NCBI GenBank assembly: GCA_002269645.1
Contig: NIVC01001217.1
Coordinates: 78,247 to 142,246 of the forward strand
DNA length: 64,000 bases
Reading direction: 5' to 3'
From: Macrostomum lignano
Taxonomy: Eukaryota
Made by a program: the position numbers and the translations under genes. Shown piece after piece: positions 61,062 through 64,000 of this stretch; the first letter of the stretch is position 1, and each line of letters begins with the position of its first letter. A model generated the notes under the pieces. The model did no database searches, was not told where the DNA came from, and saw only the letters and a list, made by a program, of their open reading frames with translations.

Positions 61062-63700
61062 AGATCAGCGGTAAGCAGGTGAAAATGGAGAGAGACAGCG
61101 GCGCCTCCTGCTCATTGATCTCCAAGAAAATCTGGATCGACTTTGAACGTCCAGCACTCAAGAAGCCGAAGTCACGCATGCTGTCATACGATGGTCACGT
61201 GATGAGACAGCTTGGCCTCCTAAAGTGCCTGGTGGAGACTGAAGGCAACAACGGGATATTTTTCGACAATGGAACTCCGGTTATGACTGTCACCAGCAGT
61301 TTGGTCTCCTGGGCCGGAATCTGCTAAGCAGCTAGCAGATGCCATTCGGAGGAGGTGAGCAACAAATATCTGAAGTTGGCTGGAATCAAGGGCGCGGTTG
61401 GAGAGATCCGACTCAAGTCAGCGCCGAGCCAGTGTTCCAACCGGCCCGTGAGCTTCCCATGGAATTGAAACCGCTGGTGAAGAAGGAACTCGACCTGATG
61501 GAGGCGGCTGGAATAGTTGAAAAATTGAATTCATCGGAATGGGCAGCCCGATCGTAGTCACGCCAAGCCTGACCGGGAGACCGTGAGGATCTGCGGCGAC
61601 TACACCGCGTCAATCAGCTGATTCAAGGCCAAACGTATCTCACACCCTCCATAGAGACGGCCTTTTCGAAGGTTGCCAACAAGAAGTTCTTCTGTCGCCT
61701 GGATCTGTCAGACGCCTACTACCAGATTCTCCTGGATGAGCAGTCCAAGGCGGTCACCACCATCAACACCCCGTTCGGCTGCTACCGCTTCAACAGACTG
61801 CCCTACGGTATCGAGGTGTCACCATCAGTCTTTCAGCGTGAGATGGAGAAACTGATCGGTGAGCATCCGAGTGTTATAACTTATCAAGATGATGTGCTGA
61901 TTGGGAGTTCTACGTTAGAGCTGCAGCAGATCAGGGAAAGTGTCTTGAGAAGACTGCGAGAGGACAATGTCAAAATTAACGAGTCAAAGTTCGTTATGGA
62001 GGCTAGCAGCCTGAAGTTTCTGGGGCACGTCATCGATGCAGAAGGCATCAAACCAGACCCAGGGATGGTTGAGAGAGTGCTACAGGCAGCCAGCCCAGAG
62101 TAAAAAGGACCTAGAGAAGTTTCTAGGACTCGCTCAGTTCTACGGCAGACTGATTCCCAACTTCTCCAAGCGCTGCCGAGTATTGCATGAGCTGAGAAGG
62201 AGCGACAGTGCATTCGATTGGAGCCGGCAGCCGAGGCTGCCTTTGCCGAAGTAAAAGCATGTCTTGCCTCCAAGCCGTGTGTCAAGCCATATGACATCAA
62301 TGCACCAGTCTGCCTTCGAGTTGATGCTATAGCGAAAAATCCGTAGGTGCTGTTCTAACTCAAGCAGGTCACCCGGTGATGTACCTATCGAGGATGCTCA
62401 CCTCCGCGGAGGCCAATTACTCTAACATTGAAAGGGAAGCTCTAGCCATAGTTTGAGCAGTTGAGCGAGCGAAGAAAATGTTGATCAGGAAAAAATTTAT
62501 CTTGCAAACGACCATGAACCTCTGAGATTTATTTCAACCCGAGCAAAAGCCTGTCAAAAACAGCTTCAGCTAGGCTGACTAGATGGGCCTCGAGACTCTG
62601 CATTCGATTACTCTGTGGAATACATTCCAGGAAAGCAGCTGCTGGATGCTGATGCCTTGTCAAGGCTCAACTATACTGCAGAAGTCGCTGAGGATGCGAC
62701 GCATCAAACGGATTCAGTGTTGAGCGCGCATGACTGCGGTGCGTCTGGGCTGGTGACTCAGCGGAGCTCCGGGAAGCCACCCTGAACTGCTCGGTGCTGA
62801 AGAGACTGCAACAGAGAATCCGAACCGGGCGTTGGGGTCAGGGTTCTCAGGTTGAGCGAACTTTCAAAGCCTGCAGAACTTCCCTGTCGATTGATAACGG
62901 CTTGGTGATCCATGGAACTCGAGTGGTACCTCCAGCAGTGCTTCGTCGGCGGATTCTGGAAGCTGCTCATGATGAAGTGCATCCTAGCTTTGAGAGCACT
63001 AAGGCCCACATCTGCAAGGAATTCTGGTGGCCTGGGGTGGATCGCGATGTGCGACAGTATGTGGAGAAGTGCAGGACATGCGCTGAGTCCCACCCGCTGT
63101 CTAATCGCAAAATCGACATATGGCCACCGGAGACAACTCCATGGAGCCGCGTCCACATGGACCATTGCGAAGTCTCGGGAGTCGGCCTGCTGCTGCTACT
63201 GTCGGACGCTTACTCAGGCTGGCCTGAAGCCATTCAGGTTCCGGACAAGTCGACGGATACGGTCATGAGAGTCCTGAGAGCTGTCTTTGCTCGCAACGGT
63301 GTGCCGCAAACCTTAGTATCCGACAACGCACCAGAGTTTAAATCGACCCGGCTGTCTCAGTGGCTGGACTCGATGGGCTGCAGGGAGGTCCACACTCCGC
63401 CATATCACCCGGCATCAACGGACAGGCTGAACGGCTCGTAAGGAGCCTGAAGGACGGACTGAGAAACTGGAACCGAGTTGTTCCATTTCAACAATTCCTG
63501 CAGAAGCTGCTCCTGACCGTGAGGACTGGCCGGCCGAGTGGATCTAGACCAGCGTCACCAGACATGCATGATGTGGGGGAGGAGGCTGCGCCATCCGCTA
63601 TCATGCCTGAGCAAGGCGGAGATGCTATCTGGTTTGGATGCGCCCAGAGACCGGACCAGTCAAGGCTGAGTTCGTGGTTCAGCATGGCCAAAGTACTGCT
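61030..63700 (+). pseudogene. pol: pol (protease, RT, RNase H, integrase) with several frameshifts and an in-frame stop
   Basis: Protease DSGASCSLI at 61094. RT LDLSDAYHQI...TPFGCYRFNRLPYG...YQDD at 61882. RNase H NYSNIEREALAIV*AVE. Integrase HDEVH...CRTC, RVHMD, SDNAPEF, NGQAER. Confidence 0.9.
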
Positions 63701-64000
63701 CTGGTGACCCCAACTGATTTGCGTCTGGAAGGACTGCGGCTGGCCCACTGCAACCAATGGAGCGACGGTCCAGAGAATCAGGAGGCAGAGAATCAGGAGG
63801 ATGACAGCACTGGCGAGCCTGAGCATCTGAGCCCCCAGCTGGTCCATCGAAGATGGTTGTTCCGGCACCAGCTGACGAGCGACGCATCAGAATGAAAGCG
63901 CGAATGCTGGTGGGCCTTCCTATGAGCTCCGACCAAGACATCCGGTCTGCCAAGTGCTAGTTTGATGGGGGGCAGTGTTGGACTCTGACCGACTGATCAT

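Larger units (their letters stand above)
59962..64000 (+). mobile_element. Ty3/gypsy LTR retrotransposon (Mag-like), decayed, about 4.2 kb; the 3' LTR runs off the window
   Basis: 5' LTR TG...CA 59962-60146, PBS, gag with two zinc knuckles, then PR-RT-RNaseH-INT order. PPT GATGGGGGGCAG is followed by TGTTGGACTCTGACCGACTGATCAT at 63976-64000, matching the 5' LTR start at 23 of 25 positions. Confidence 0.93.

Overview
Animal genomic DNA. GC-rich exons sit among AT-rich spacers and many private tandem-repeat arrays, a style resembling the flatworm Macrostomum (inference only). Five protein genes can be reconstructed by hand: (1) the last two exons of a STARD10/PCTP-like START-domain gene (+, 4162-8164); (2) an intronless EGFR/ErbB receptor tyrosine kinase (+, 11119-15123); (3) a short, divergent dystrophin-family gene with EF-hand-like remnants, a ZZ finger and a C-terminal coiled coil (+, at least 11 exons, 20397-33827, 5' end not found); (4) TIM44 (-, 5 exons, 44232-37473, one base short in exon 3); (5) serine palmitoyltransferase LCB2/SPTLC2 (+, 5 exons, 50217-56280). 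TIM44 and SPTLC2 are head-to-head with a mirror-like layout. The same TIR element (8-bp TSDs) lies about 0.5 kb upstream of each ATG, and the same 28-bp minisatellite lies in an early intron of each gene. All pairs are centred near 47.2-47.3 kb. Also present: a second hAT-like MITE, a tRNA-Glu-like SINE with a second partial copy, a decayed Ty3/gypsy LTR retrotransposon (59962 to past the window end) and over 30 micro/minisatellite arrays. Most long ORFs in the supplied track outside these genes are read-throughs of repeats. No rRNA, intact tRNA or CRISPR array was found. Array ends are approximate, and all alignments were made by eye against remembered family motifs.
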